Shown here: one piece after another, positions 1 to 7,162 of the stretch
Layout of the letters: each line of letters starts with the position of its first letter
Numbering within the stretch: position 1 is the stretch's first letter
Virus record (IMG/VR): IMGVR_UViG_3300010391_001807
From: an uncultured virus (IMG/VR IMGVR_UViG_3300010391_001807)
Lineage: Duplodnaviria; Heunggongvirae; Uroviricota; Caudoviricetes
Direction: 5' to 3' (one strand)
Length of the DNA stretch: 20,000 bases
Notes under the pieces: generated by a model
What the model saw: only the letters and a program-made list of their open reading frames with translations
Databases searched by the model: none
What the model was told of the DNA's origin: nothing
Made by a program: the position numbers and the translations under genes

Positions 1-420
1 GGCATTGGCACCAGATGCAGATGCGGTTGTAACATATTGGTCGCTCATGAATTCTCCACCAACGGAGAAGACTGTTACGCCACGTTTTGCGATACCAGAG
101 TCAGTCCAGTTTGTAACGTTGCTGATGGTTTCGTCTTTGTAATCACCAAGTCTGCGGGCTGGCCTCATATAGGGTACCTGATAGACAGGATCGATTGGAG
201 CAATGGTATTGCCACTATTGGTTGCGTCGTCTCCGGCGAGACCAGCAATGAAAGCACCAAATTCCGTTCCTGCGGTTGTTCTGGATGCCTTGATTAATTC
301 AGGCTCTCCAGTTGTTGAGTTGGTCTGCAAGGCTACCACCATTCCGGCAAGAATGCCAGAAGATGCTGTAGCTAGATAACCACTATTGTAAAACACAGCA
401 TTTTTAACGAATAACGCCAT
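1..420 (-). CDS. Probable capsid decoration/stabilising (head structural) protein, 3'-truncated by the window edge
   Basis: Not in the ORF track because it runs off the edge. ATG at 420 has SD AGGAGGT (427-433). The frame is open to position 1: MALFVKNAVFYNSGYLATASSGILAGMVVALQTNSTTGEPELIKASRTTAGTEFGAFIAGLAGDDATNSGNT...RGVTVFSVGGEFMSDQYVTT. It is rich in small residues with a beta-type 'I.AGMVVAL' start and lies after the protease/scaffold genes, where decoration and MCP genes usually sit. Function is inferred from position and composition. Confidence 0.65.
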   Translation of the reverse strand, partial: MALFVKNAVFYNSGYLATASSGILAGMVVALQTNSTTGEPELIKASRTTAGTEFGAFIAGLAGDDATNSGNTIAPIDPVYQVPYMRPARRLGDYKDETISNVTNWTDSGIAKRGVTVFSVGGEFMSDQYVTTASASGANA

Positions 421-451
421 TTTAATACCTCCTAAGATATTTTATTTCTAA

Positions 452-1702
452 TTATTCTTCCTCTTTAGGATATGAGAAAATACCCTTCAAGGCCTCTTTC
501 ATATCAGTGATATGATCGAAAGGTCTTTCTTGGGATGGATTTGGGTTAAAACCAATTCCTGAGGAAGTGAAAGGTTTAGGTGAGGCGTTCCTTTCCATTC
601 CTTTTCCGGTTTTTGCCACTCTTTCTTGATAGCGTTTCTTTGCCATTGAGGCAATTGTTTGTCGCAAGTGTTCAAGACCAGCGGCGTTTAACATCTTGTC
701 TGACATGAATTTCCCGATTGTCTCAGGGATGTCTGTGACTTCGATGTCTTCTGCATATGCCATGACTGCAGCAGTTTCGGCAGCTTTCGCATATTTTGCC
801 AAGGTTAATTGCAATTCTTGATTATCTTTTTCTAATTTTGCTACTTTCTTTTGGATGCTAGCATTAACTTCTAGATTATAATTACCATCGCCTTCGTCAT
901 CTTCCTCGGACTTCTTCACTCTAAAACCACCATCATTGTTCAAATCACCGTCGCCACGATTATCTTCTACAACTTCTGCACGATCTTGAGGAGTCTTGCA
1001 ATAGGCTTCCCAGTTAGGGCCGCAAGCTTCCTTAATATTCTCTTCATCTGCTGACGCACAAACAGGACAGTAATTTTCTTCGACACATTTGTCGCATAGT
1101 GGAATGTTGTTACCGCAAGTGTCACAGGCAACAACGAATAAAGCTTCTTCTTCTGGGTTGGTACAACCAGCACATTCGACAGTCTTACTAGCCAAAACGT
1201 TGGTTCTGCGTTGGGTAGTTGTGTCTAACTGTGATGGAAGGTCGAAACCTTGGATTAGGTCTTTCTTGCCCCACAAGGCATCTATCTCACCCATGGTAGG
1301 GAGTGGGTCTTTGGTTTCGTCGATCTTTCGGGTAAATAATCCACCCTCTTTGCCACCCTCGAATTTTTGGACATCGAAGGCTTCTGAATTATTAGCTAAC
1401 AATTCAGGGTTCACGGTTGGAATTTTATTTTCAGTGAATTTAGGGTCCCATAATAGGCTGTTCCCTTCACTATTTTCTAAGGTCATTTTTTCGCCTTTTT
1501 GTCCTGGGTTGGCGACACCTCTAGTGGCATCCTCCATCACGAAGTCTTTGCCTTGGGATGATGTATCATTGCCAAGTTTCTTTTCGGTAGATGGTTTCAC
1601 ATCCTCAGGCATCTGTTGTTCAGCTTCCTTGATGATGCTTGCTAATAGTTCTCTACGAGCGGCTTGTCGCTCTTGGGTACTGCTTTTATCTGTTTTAGCC
1701 AT
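452..1702 (-). CDS. Putative nested in-frame gene (416 aa, starts MAKTDKSS) from an internal start in the 699-aa gene
   Basis: AAGGAGGT (1713-1720) lies 10 nt upstream of an in-frame ATG at 1702 (M284), immediately after the low-complexity EGL-repeat region. Confidence 0.5.
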   Translation of the reverse strand: MAKTDKSSTQERQAARRELLASIIKEAEQQMPEDVKPSTEKKLGNDTSSQGKDFVMEDATRGVANPGQKGEKMTLENSEGNSLLWDPKFTENKIPTVNPELLANNSEAFDVQKFEGGKEGGLFTRKIDETKDPLPTMGEIDALWGKKDLIQGFDLPSQLDTTTQRRTNVLASKTVECAGCTNPEEEALFVVACDTCGNNIPLCDKCVEENYCPVCASADEENIKEACGPNWEAYCKTPQDRAEVVEDNRGDGDLNNDGGFRVKKSEEDDEGDGNYNLEVNASIQKKVAKLEKDNQELQLTLAKYAKAAETAAVMAYAEDIEVTDIPETIGKFMSDKMLNAAGLEHLRQTIASMAKKRYQERVAKTGKGMERNASPKPFTSSGIGFNPNPSQERPFDHITDMKEALKGIFSYPKEEE

Positions 1703-2551
1703 TATGTCATTAACCTCCTTTCTTGGTTTTAATCCTTCTGGCTTTAGTATGGGTGGTCCAAGTCTTTCTGATCCTAACCCTTTTGGTTCTAGTCCTTCTG
1801 GCTCTAATCCTCCAGATTCTAATCCTTCAGATCCTAGTCCTAGTCCTTCTGGTTCTAATCCTTCTAACTCTAACCCTTGTGATTCTAGTCCTTGTGATAG
1901 ATTTTCAAGAAGTTTTAGACTTAATGTATATCCTCCTGGTAATTCGATTTGCGTCTCCTCTCCAGGTGATAAGGCCTCTTCGGCAGCACCAATTTCTGGG
2001 CCTCCGAATGCATCGGCGACTTCCGGCTCTTCCTCTTCGGATGGGAACCCAAACTCTTGTGTAAGAGAGCCATCACTGATTTCATCTTCCAGCTTGCCCA
2101 TGCCCAACCCTTCGGCTGGAGTTTCCTCTTCTGTTGCTTCAATCACAGAGGCTGGGAATTTTTCTTCTTCATCAGTAATGGGTTCCTTCATAAATGGGGG
2201 TTTCTTTCCTTGAGGCTTGTCCTCGGGTTCATCGCCCTGGTCTTCATCTTCTTCTGAATGTCCAGGTATTGAAAATTCAGAGCCTTCTTTATCTTCTTCA
2301 CGATAATCGTCGTCTTCGTCGTCGTCATCAGCATCAGCATATTTGGCCATAATGTCATTTACATAAGCTTTTCGCAATTTTTCACTAACTAACTCAGCAT
2401 GTTGTTTTGATAAACCAACTGTTGATGGGTCCGTTAGATGTTTGATTGCCCGCTCATGTTCAAATTCATCGGTGGCATCTAGCTCTGCCAATTTGACTGC
2501 ACGAAGTTTTCTTGCATCTTCTTTACTTCTAGTATTTTCCTGCTTTGTCAT
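452..2551 (-). CDS. Acidic scaffold/head-core-like protein (699 aa) with GLE/EGL repeats, an 8-Cys Zn-binding region and a C-terminal coiled coil
   Basis: SD AAAGGAGG at 2563-2570. Very D/E-rich low-complexity N-half; CAGC..CDTC..CDKC..CPVC cluster; coiled coil QKKVAKLEKDNQELQLTLAK; ends in an amphipathic 'DMKEALKGIF' tail like scaffold coat-binding tails. Sits between the protease and decoration/capsid genes. Confidence 0.7.
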   Translation of the reverse strand: MTKQENTRSKEDARKLRAVKLAELDATDEFEHERAIKHLTDPSTVGLSKQHAELVSEKLRKAYVNDIMAKYADADDDDEDDDYREEDKEGSEFSIPGHSEEDEDQGDEPEDKPQGKKPPFMKEPITDEEEKFPASVIEATEEETPAEGLGMGKLEDEISDGSLTQEFGFPSEEEEPEVADAFGGPEIGAAEEALSPGEETQIELPGGYTLSLKLLENLSQGLESQGLELEGLEPEGLGLGSEGLESGGLEPEGLEPKGLGSERLGPPILKPEGLKPRKEVNDIMAKTDKSSTQERQAARRELLASIIKEAEQQMPEDVKPSTEKKLGNDTSSQGKDFVMEDATRGVANPGQKGEKMTLENSEGNSLLWDPKFTENKIPTVNPELLANNSEAFDVQKFEGGKEGGLFTRKIDETKDPLPTMGEIDALWGKKDLIQGFDLPSQLDTTTQRRTNVLASKTVECAGCTNPEEEALFVVACDTCGNNIPLCDKCVEENYCPVCASADEENIKEACGPNWEAYCKTPQDRAEVVEDNRGDGDLNNDGGFRVKKSEEDDEGDGNYNLEVNASIQKKVAKLEKDNQELQLTLAKYAKAAETAAVMAYAEDIEVTDIPETIGKFMSDKMLNAAGLEHLRQTIASMAKKRYQERVAKTGKGMERNASPKPFTSSGIGFNPNPSQERPFDHITDMKEALKGIFSYPKEEE
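1730..1900 (-). repeat. Degenerate ~15-bp tandem repeat encoding GLExE/GLGxE pentapeptides
   Basis: Plus-strand units resemble ccttctggttctaat; protein reads GLESQGLELEGLEPEGLGLGSEGLESGGLEPEGLEPKGLGSER. Confidence 0.8.
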
Positions 2552-2597
2552 ATCAGGGCTTTCCTCCTTTTTACAAAAATATAACCATCATACTTTG

Positions 2598-2625
2598 ATT
2601 AAATATACTTATGTATTTAACCTGC
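2598..2625 (-). promoter_or_regulatory. Putative late promoter GCAGGT-N18-TAAT upstream of the 699-aa gene
   Basis: Minus strand GCAGGTTAAATACATAAGTATATTTAAT; the same GCAGGTT(A/T)A core occurs at 6959-6967 and 16758-16766. Confidence 0.55.
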
Positions 2626-2647
2626 AAAATGATTTAAAATATTTAAC

Positions 2648-2679
2648 ATGAGGGAGAAATTATTAAATTTCTCCCTCAT
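2648..2679 (-). terminator. 14-bp perfect hairpin just downstream of the protease gene (terminator or mRNA-stabilising stem)
   Basis: atgagggagaaatt-atta-aatttctccctcat, 11 nt after the TAG stop. It is followed by AT-rich sequence but no clean U-tract. Confidence 0.7.
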
Positions 2680-2690
2680 TATATTCTTTG

Positions 2691-5318
2691 CTATTCACTT
2701 AAAGGCGGCAATAAATAAGAAACGGTAAAGATCAACTTGTCATCATGTTTCTTACTAGCGGTTACGTTGATTTTCCCTATCGTCCCACACTTGTCACAAT
2801 AGTAATCACTCTTGGCCCGGTGGACTTGCTTGTTGCCACAGGCAATACAAACAGTTCCCGGTGGTTTAGGGCCAGCAATCTGTTCATCGGTCAAACCTTC
2901 GATCTTATGCTTGGCCAACTTCACAAATTGCTCAGGAGTTCCATACCAACTAACTGAGGCAGCCATTGGCATTCCTCCGCCCATTGGAGCCCCGCCCATT
3001 GGAGCGGCAGGGCCAGCAGGTGGAGCCCCACCAGCAGGACCAGCAGCAGGAGGGCCAGGAGGTGCTAATGCAGCCCCCAAGCCCTCAGGAGCAGTTTCTT
3101 CTCCAGGCTGATCGGCTGTTTCATCAGGGGTTACGATATTATCAAGAGAAATCTTGATGTCGAACTTGGTATGACAATCTCCACATTCGCCTCTTCCGAC
3201 TGCTAAGTCAACATTGGTTGAACCACAAGCAGGACAGATGGAACCGATTGGTTTGATGTCACCAGGGGCAGCCATTGAATCTAGATTAGTATCTTCATCT
3301 TCGGCTCCCTCAGGACCAAGTAATGCGGAAAGACCAGGGCCTCCCATTGCGTCTGATGGAGGAGCACCTGGGGCACCGGCCCCACCAACATCTCCCATTC
3401 CTCCGCCGCCAGCAGGAGGTGGAGCGGCCTGGGCTTCTCTAATTAACGCTTCTCGGCGTTCCTTACGATTAGCTTTGGCCATTGGAGTCATGAATGTTTC
3501 ATCTATTCCACCGCCCTCTACTCCACTCTCAACTCCGGCATGAAATTCTGGAGTTTCAGGAGTATTCATTTCAATAGGTTCGTCACCAAATTCTTTGACG
3601 ATTGTGCTTTGAATGGTTGCGACAACCTCTCGGGTATCATTATTAACACTGAGTCTCGTAAAATTAAAAGTCTCAGGGTCTACTCTATAACCTTTGTTCT
3701 GTAAAAAAGCGATGGAATAATCTCTCACAGTGTCTGCAAATTCATCACTTGAAGGATCTGCGTTGGGGATTTCGTCCATGCTCATGCGGATTTCGCGAAC
3801 TGTGTCAGTTCGGTCGCTCATTGAGGCAGCTTCTTTGACATTATCATTTCGGGCTTGGATTGCAGCATTAACCAAGATTTTGCCATTCTCTCCACTGGCC
3901 GCTAATTTCTTAGCAACTTGCCAAATGAGATGACTAGGCATTTCTTTCTTATCATTGCTTTCTAAGGCCTCAGCATAATCTGCCAAAGAGGCAAATAATG
4001 AGGTTTTAATATCTTCTAAACCAATATCTTCCGTACTGGCTTGTTTGCCCCAATACTCTTTTCGCTCTTTGTTACGGATTCTAGACGCTACTGAATTTGG
4101 TAATCTTTCGGTCTCAATGGACATTAAAGCTTCTTGATTGTCTTCAATGCCGTCAATGACCTCAAATATCTCTTCTGGCGTTGCCCCAGTTTCACTAGCG
4201 GTTTCGGCTACTGCGAAAAGAGCCACTTTTAAATGTGAGCGGTCCAATGGTTGGTCAGATACTTCAGAAATTGATGCATAAACCGCACCTCTAATTAAAT
4301 CTTCCTGACTCTTTTCATCATCAGAAGATAATATAATATTTTGAGGGTTATTGTTAGCAATTTTAGTAATTACTCTCTTCATATCCCCTCTAGGTGCTTC
4401 TGCAATAATCTTCAAAGCATCTTTGATATTCTTAGGCGAAATATCTTCGTTTTCGATGAAGATGTCAGCGATTCTCTCATTAAAGGAAACATCAATAGCC
4501 TTTAGTGCTGGCTTGTCCAGCCCTAACTCTGCTCTTTCTCTAGTAGCCAATCTCTTTTTATAATCTTTTTCATTCATGAACGCAGCTACATCAGTAAGTT
4601 TGTGGTCAGTTGCAAATTTTTCTGCAAATTCGATGGCTTCAGATGGAGATACTCTAGCTTCAACAACCATATGAGCCAAGGCGGTTTGAGCGGCTCCGGC
4701 AACATGTACTGGATTAGCAGATTTGGACCTACGGCTTTCTAGACGATGCTCATGAACACGAACATCTTCTCCTTTGCGAACGTCACCCAGTTGTTCTTCT
4801 TGCACATCTTCTGGATTACCCTTGCGGCCCCAGACTGTAGCACTGTCTTCGGAAAGCTGTACTTCTCGAACATCAGTTGGGTTGCCCGTGCGGACTGCAG
4901 AAATCTGTTCTTCTTGAACATCTTCAGGATTTCCCTTTCGTTTGTCACCAATCTGTACCTCTTGGACATCTTCTGGGTTGCCAGAACGTTTCTTTGAGAT
5001 CTGTTCTTCTTGAACGTCACTAGGGGTCTGAACGGAGACGGCGGCGGTCTTAATAAAACCAACAAATTCATTCATTAATTTGTCAGTAACAGAAGCAATG
5101 CGATTCTCACGAATGGCATCGGCATCATCACTGTTTAATGTAGTTGGCTCCCAATCTGTTTTCTGGTCATTGTAATAACCAAGAATTTCTTCATCTGTTT
5201 TGTCACTAATGATAACCTTATATCGGCCATTATCACGACTGGCGATGATTGGTTGTTCTACAACAGTAGCCATTTTGTTCATAATTGCACTGGCTACTCT
5301 TTCATTTAAACTTTTCAT
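2691..5318 (-). CDS. Putative nested scaffold gene (875 aa, starts MKSLNERV) from an internal start in the protease gene
   Basis: AAGGAGGAG (5324-5332) lies 5 nt upstream of an in-frame ATG at 5318 (M526). Same architecture as lambda C/Nu3 and Mu I/Z. Confidence 0.6.
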   Translation of the reverse strand: MKSLNERVASAIMNKMATVVEQPIIASRDNGRYKVIISDKTDEEILGYYNDQKTDWEPTTLNSDDADAIRENRIASVTDKLMNEFVGFIKTAAVSVQTPSDVQEEQISKKRSGNPEDVQEVQIGDKRKGNPEDVQEEQISAVRTGNPTDVREVQLSEDSATVWGRKGNPEDVQEEQLGDVRKGEDVRVHEHRLESRRSKSANPVHVAGAAQTALAHMVVEARVSPSEAIEFAEKFATDHKLTDVAAFMNEKDYKKRLATRERAELGLDKPALKAIDVSFNERIADIFIENEDISPKNIKDALKIIAEAPRGDMKRVITKIANNNPQNIILSSDDEKSQEDLIRGAVYASISEVSDQPLDRSHLKVALFAVAETASETGATPEEIFEVIDGIEDNQEALMSIETERLPNSVASRIRNKERKEYWGKQASTEDIGLEDIKTSLFASLADYAEALESNDKKEMPSHLIWQVAKKLAASGENGKILVNAAIQARNDNVKEAASMSDRTDTVREIRMSMDEIPNADPSSDEFADTVRDYSIAFLQNKGYRVDPETFNFTRLSVNNDTREVVATIQSTIVKEFGDEPIEMNTPETPEFHAGVESGVEGGGIDETFMTPMAKANRKERREALIREAQAAPPPAGGGGMGDVGGAGAPGAPPSDAMGGPGLSALLGPEGAEDEDTNLDSMAAPGDIKPIGSICPACGSTNVDLAVGRGECGDCHTKFDIKISLDNIVTPDETADQPGEETAPEGLGAALAPPGPPAAGPAGGAPPAGPAAPMGGAPMGGGMPMAASVSWYGTPEQFVKLAKHKIEGLTDEQIAGPKPPGTVCIACGNKQVHRAKSDYYCDKCGTIGKINVTASKKHDDKLIFTVSYLLPPLSE

Positions 5319-6893
5319 TGATACTCCTCCTTCTTGAATAGTTGATTCAAATGTTTCTTCAGATTTTATATCCAAAGAATCTAAAATAGAGCCTAGCCTG
5401 ACATTGGCATTATTCAGATTTTGAGAAAACTTATTCCATTTTTTCTCAATGCCAGTAGATACTGTTTGTAAGAATCCAGGAGGCTCCAACGCCGGACTCA
5501 CTTGGAATGGGACATTATTAACTGCATTCCCAAGTACATTTGCAACGGGTTGTGTCTGTAGGGGTTGAGCAGGAGCTTCTTGCCCCATTGCTCTTCCAAC
5601 ATCCCCCGCAGCCGTATAATCATTAGGAGCCGCAATCTGTTGAGACTGATCTGGCTGTCCTAACCCTCCTTCGTTGCCAGGAGGTAGAGTGGCAGCTTCT
5701 GATAAAGTTCCGATACCATCATCGATCATGTCGGATACTTCTTGCTGGATGTCAGCCATGGCTTTAGATAGTTTGGCAACATGAGTTAAATCAATGTTGT
5801 CTTTTCTGCTTAATAGATTAATGATGACAGATTCAACTTTATTCAATACATCGTTTAATGTATCTAAAATGCTAAACGCCGTCTTCTCCATTCCAGCAGT
5901 CTTGTGCATGTTCTGAATGACCGCCCCAGAAAAGACATCAATTTTTTCCAAAATCCCCTTAGACTCGTCCAGGTAATGAGTTAATTCAAGGCTGGCCGAT
6001 GTTGCCCGCCTTTGCATGATCCCTTGGATATTTTGGTCTACCAAACTACTAATGTTACTGGCCGTTCTGCGTAATTTATCAGCATATGTGATAACTTCTT
6101 GATGTGGTAACACTTTGTCAATCTCACAATTCGCGAAAGCTCCATCGGAAACTATTGATAACTCAATAAATTTCAAATCATGGTTTTCTTCATAAACAAC
6201 TTCATCTGTTACCTTTTGGCCTTTTCTCTTCCCTTTATCAATGACGCCACTAAATTTCTTTCCCTTCCTAGTTTTTAAATGGTCACACCATTCTGATTCC
6301 TTCTCTGCTTTATGCCCGCAAAGTGAACACTCAGAAAATTCAACCTGTGCTCCCATTGATACGTCACTTATGGTGCCAATCTGAATGGAACGGGCAATGT
6401 CGCCATAAGCAGCCATATCTACATAAAAAGTACACCAGACGCACTTGTTTTCCTCATCTAATTCAGCAAATATAACCTTGCCCTTTGCTTTACTTATATC
6501 TCCATTTTCATGGTTGGTATAAACCGGAACGCCTTCGAAAGATTTATATGCTGCAATTTTTTTCTTATCACGATCACTTTGTATTTCTCTCTCTTTAGTT
6601 ATTTCTTCCCAAGAGAAATAATCGCCATTTTCATTGACTACATTAGCATCAATGGCCCTGGCCCTGACCCATAATAAGTCAGTATCTCTTTTCTTCATCT
6701 CGTCTACAATGTCAAACCCAACGCTCTTGTAATGTTCAATGACATCCTCGGGCTCTTCATATAAATTCTGTTTTCCAATTCTACCTGTGGTATCAGCCGT
6801 GCGAAGCATCTGTGAACGAACCAAATTCCCATCTGGATGTAAAATTTCCATACTATTAATAGGGATTCTTATTTCCCTACGTTCAAATGCCAT
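2691..6893 (-). CDS. Prohead (capsid maturation) serine protease fused to a long scaffold/core region (1400 aa)
   Basis: The N-terminal domain (~6120-6680) has the HK97/herpes-clan protease pattern: N.NGD.F, 'FEGVPVYTNH' (His), 'ISDVSMG' (Ser), a CSLC..CDH Zn insert and 'FIELSIVSDGA'. SD GGAGGT at 6902-6907; directly downstream of the portal. The remainder has helical repeats and two C-terminal Zn ribbons. Confidence 0.85.
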   Translation of the reverse strand: MAFERREIRIPINSMEILHPDGNLVRSQMLRTADTTGRIGKQNLYEEPEDVIEHYKSVGFDIVDEMKKRDTDLLWVRARAIDANVVNENGDYFSWEEITKEREIQSDRDKKKIAAYKSFEGVPVYTNHENGDISKAKGKVIFAELDEENKCVWCTFYVDMAAYGDIARSIQIGTISDVSMGAQVEFSECSLCGHKAEKESEWCDHLKTRKGKKFSGVIDKGKRKGQKVTDEVVYEENHDLKFIELSIVSDGAFANCEIDKVLPHQEVITYADKLRRTASNISSLVDQNIQGIMQRRATSASLELTHYLDESKGILEKIDVFSGAVIQNMHKTAGMEKTAFSILDTLNDVLNKVESVIINLLSRKDNIDLTHVAKLSKAMADIQQEVSDMIDDGIGTLSEAATLPPGNEGGLGQPDQSQQIAAPNDYTAAGDVGRAMGQEAPAQPLQTQPVANVLGNAVNNVPFQVSPALEPPGFLQTVSTGIEKKWNKFSQNLNNANVRLGSILDSLDIKSEETFESTIQEGGVSMKSLNERVASAIMNKMATVVEQPIIASRDNGRYKVIISDKTDEEILGYYNDQKTDWEPTTLNSDDADAIRENRIASVTDKLMNEFVGFIKTAAVSVQTPSDVQEEQISKKRSGNPEDVQEVQIGDKRKGNPEDVQEEQISAVRTGNPTDVREVQLSEDSATVWGRKGNPEDVQEEQLGDVRKGEDVRVHEHRLESRRSKSANPVHVAGAAQTALAHMVVEARVSPSEAIEFAEKFATDHKLTDVAAFMNEKDYKKRLATRERAELGLDKPALKAIDVSFNERIADIFIENEDISPKNIKDALKIIAEAPRGDMKRVITKIANNNPQNIILSSDDEKSQEDLIRGAVYASISEVSDQPLDRSHLKVALFAVAETASETGATPEEIFEVIDGIEDNQEALMSIETERLPNSVASRIRNKERKEYWGKQASTEDIGLEDIKTSLFASLADYAEALESNDKKEMPSHLIWQVAKKLAASGENGKILVNAAIQARNDNVKEAASMSDRTDTVREIRMSMDEIPNADPSSDEFADTVRDYSIAFLQNKGYRVDPETFNFTRLSVNNDTREVVATIQSTIVKEFGDEPIEMNTPETPEFHAGVESGVEGGGIDETFMTPMAKANRKERREALIREAQAAPPPAGGGGMGDVGGAGAPGAPPSDAMGGPGLSALLGPEGAEDEDTNLDSMAAPGDIKPIGSICPACGSTNVDLAVGRGECGDCHTKFDIKISLDNIVTPDETADQPGEETAPEGLGAALAPPGPPAAGPAGGAPPAGPAAPMGGAPMGGGMPMAASVSWYGTPEQFVKLAKHKIEGLTDEQIAGPKPPGTVCIACGNKQVHRAKSDYYCDKCGTIGKINVTASKKHDDKLIFTVSYLLPPLSE
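4730..5018 (-). repeat. ~48-bp (16-aa) tandem repeat, 5 copies plus 1 degenerate, consensus DVQE(E/V)Q(I/L)xxxRxGNPE
   Basis: DVQEEQISKKRSGNPE / DVQEVQIGDKRKGNPE / DVQEEQISAVRTGNPT / DVREVQLSEDSATVWGRKGNPE / DVQEEQLGDVRKGE / DVRVHEHRLESRR. Confidence 0.9.
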
Positions 6894-6937
6894 AGTCTCA
6901 AACCTCCAAAATAGGAGTCGTTAAAATAGTAATATGT

Positions 6938-6967
6938 ATTTTAACACTAGCATGATATTAAACCTGC
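6938..6967 (-). promoter_or_regulatory. Putative late promoter GCAGGT-N18-TAAAAT upstream of the protease gene
   Basis: Minus strand GCAGGTTTAATATCATGCTAGTGTTAAAAT, immediately downstream of the portal terminator. Confidence 0.55.
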
Positions 6968-6974
6968 AAACAAC

Positions 6975-7002
6975 AGAAAAAACATCACTACGGTGATGTT
7001 CC
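6975..7002 (-). terminator. Rho-independent terminator after the portal operon
   Basis: Minus strand AACATCAC-CGTA-GTGATGTT followed by TTTTCTG (8-bp stem, 4-nt loop, U-tract). Confidence 0.75.
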
Positions 7003-7038
7003 TCTCTTACTAATAATCTTATTTATTTTCTCTTTTGA

Positions 7039-7161
7039 CTAGAATAGACATATATTATGTTCGGACTCTAACTTTTTGTCTATTGATGCTATAATTCTCA
7101 TTAAATAAAATGTTGAATATTTTTCTAAATATTCTTCCATGTTACATGATGATTTCTCCAT
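7039..7161 (-). CDS. Possible small ORF (40 aa; 33 aa if started at 7140)
   Basis: MEKSSCNMEEYLEKYSTFYLMRIIASIDKKLESEHNICLF*. Starts 1 nt after the portal stop and fills the gap before the terminator, but it is AT-rich with only a weak SD. Confidence 0.25.
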   Translation of the reverse strand: MEKSSCNMEEYLEKYSTFYLMRIIASIDKKLESEHNICLF

Positions 7162-7162
7162 T

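Noticed and set aside
37..297. 86-aa plus-strand ORF
   Set aside because: Overlaps the better-supported minus-strand gene at 1-420, which has a strong SD.
1723..2064. Hydrophobic Leu/Ile/Val-rich plus-strand ORF resembling a membrane protein
   Set aside because: Artefact of the 15-bp repeat read antisense.
1089..2213. 374-aa plus-strand ORF
   Set aside because: Antisense shadow of the Glu/Gly-rich 699-aa gene (Ser/Pro-rich mirror translation), with no SD or family motif.
4730..5018. 48-bp periodic repeats as a possible CRISPR or non-coding array
   Set aside because: In frame, variation is largely synonymous or conservative, and there is no repeat/unique-spacer structure or cas gene.
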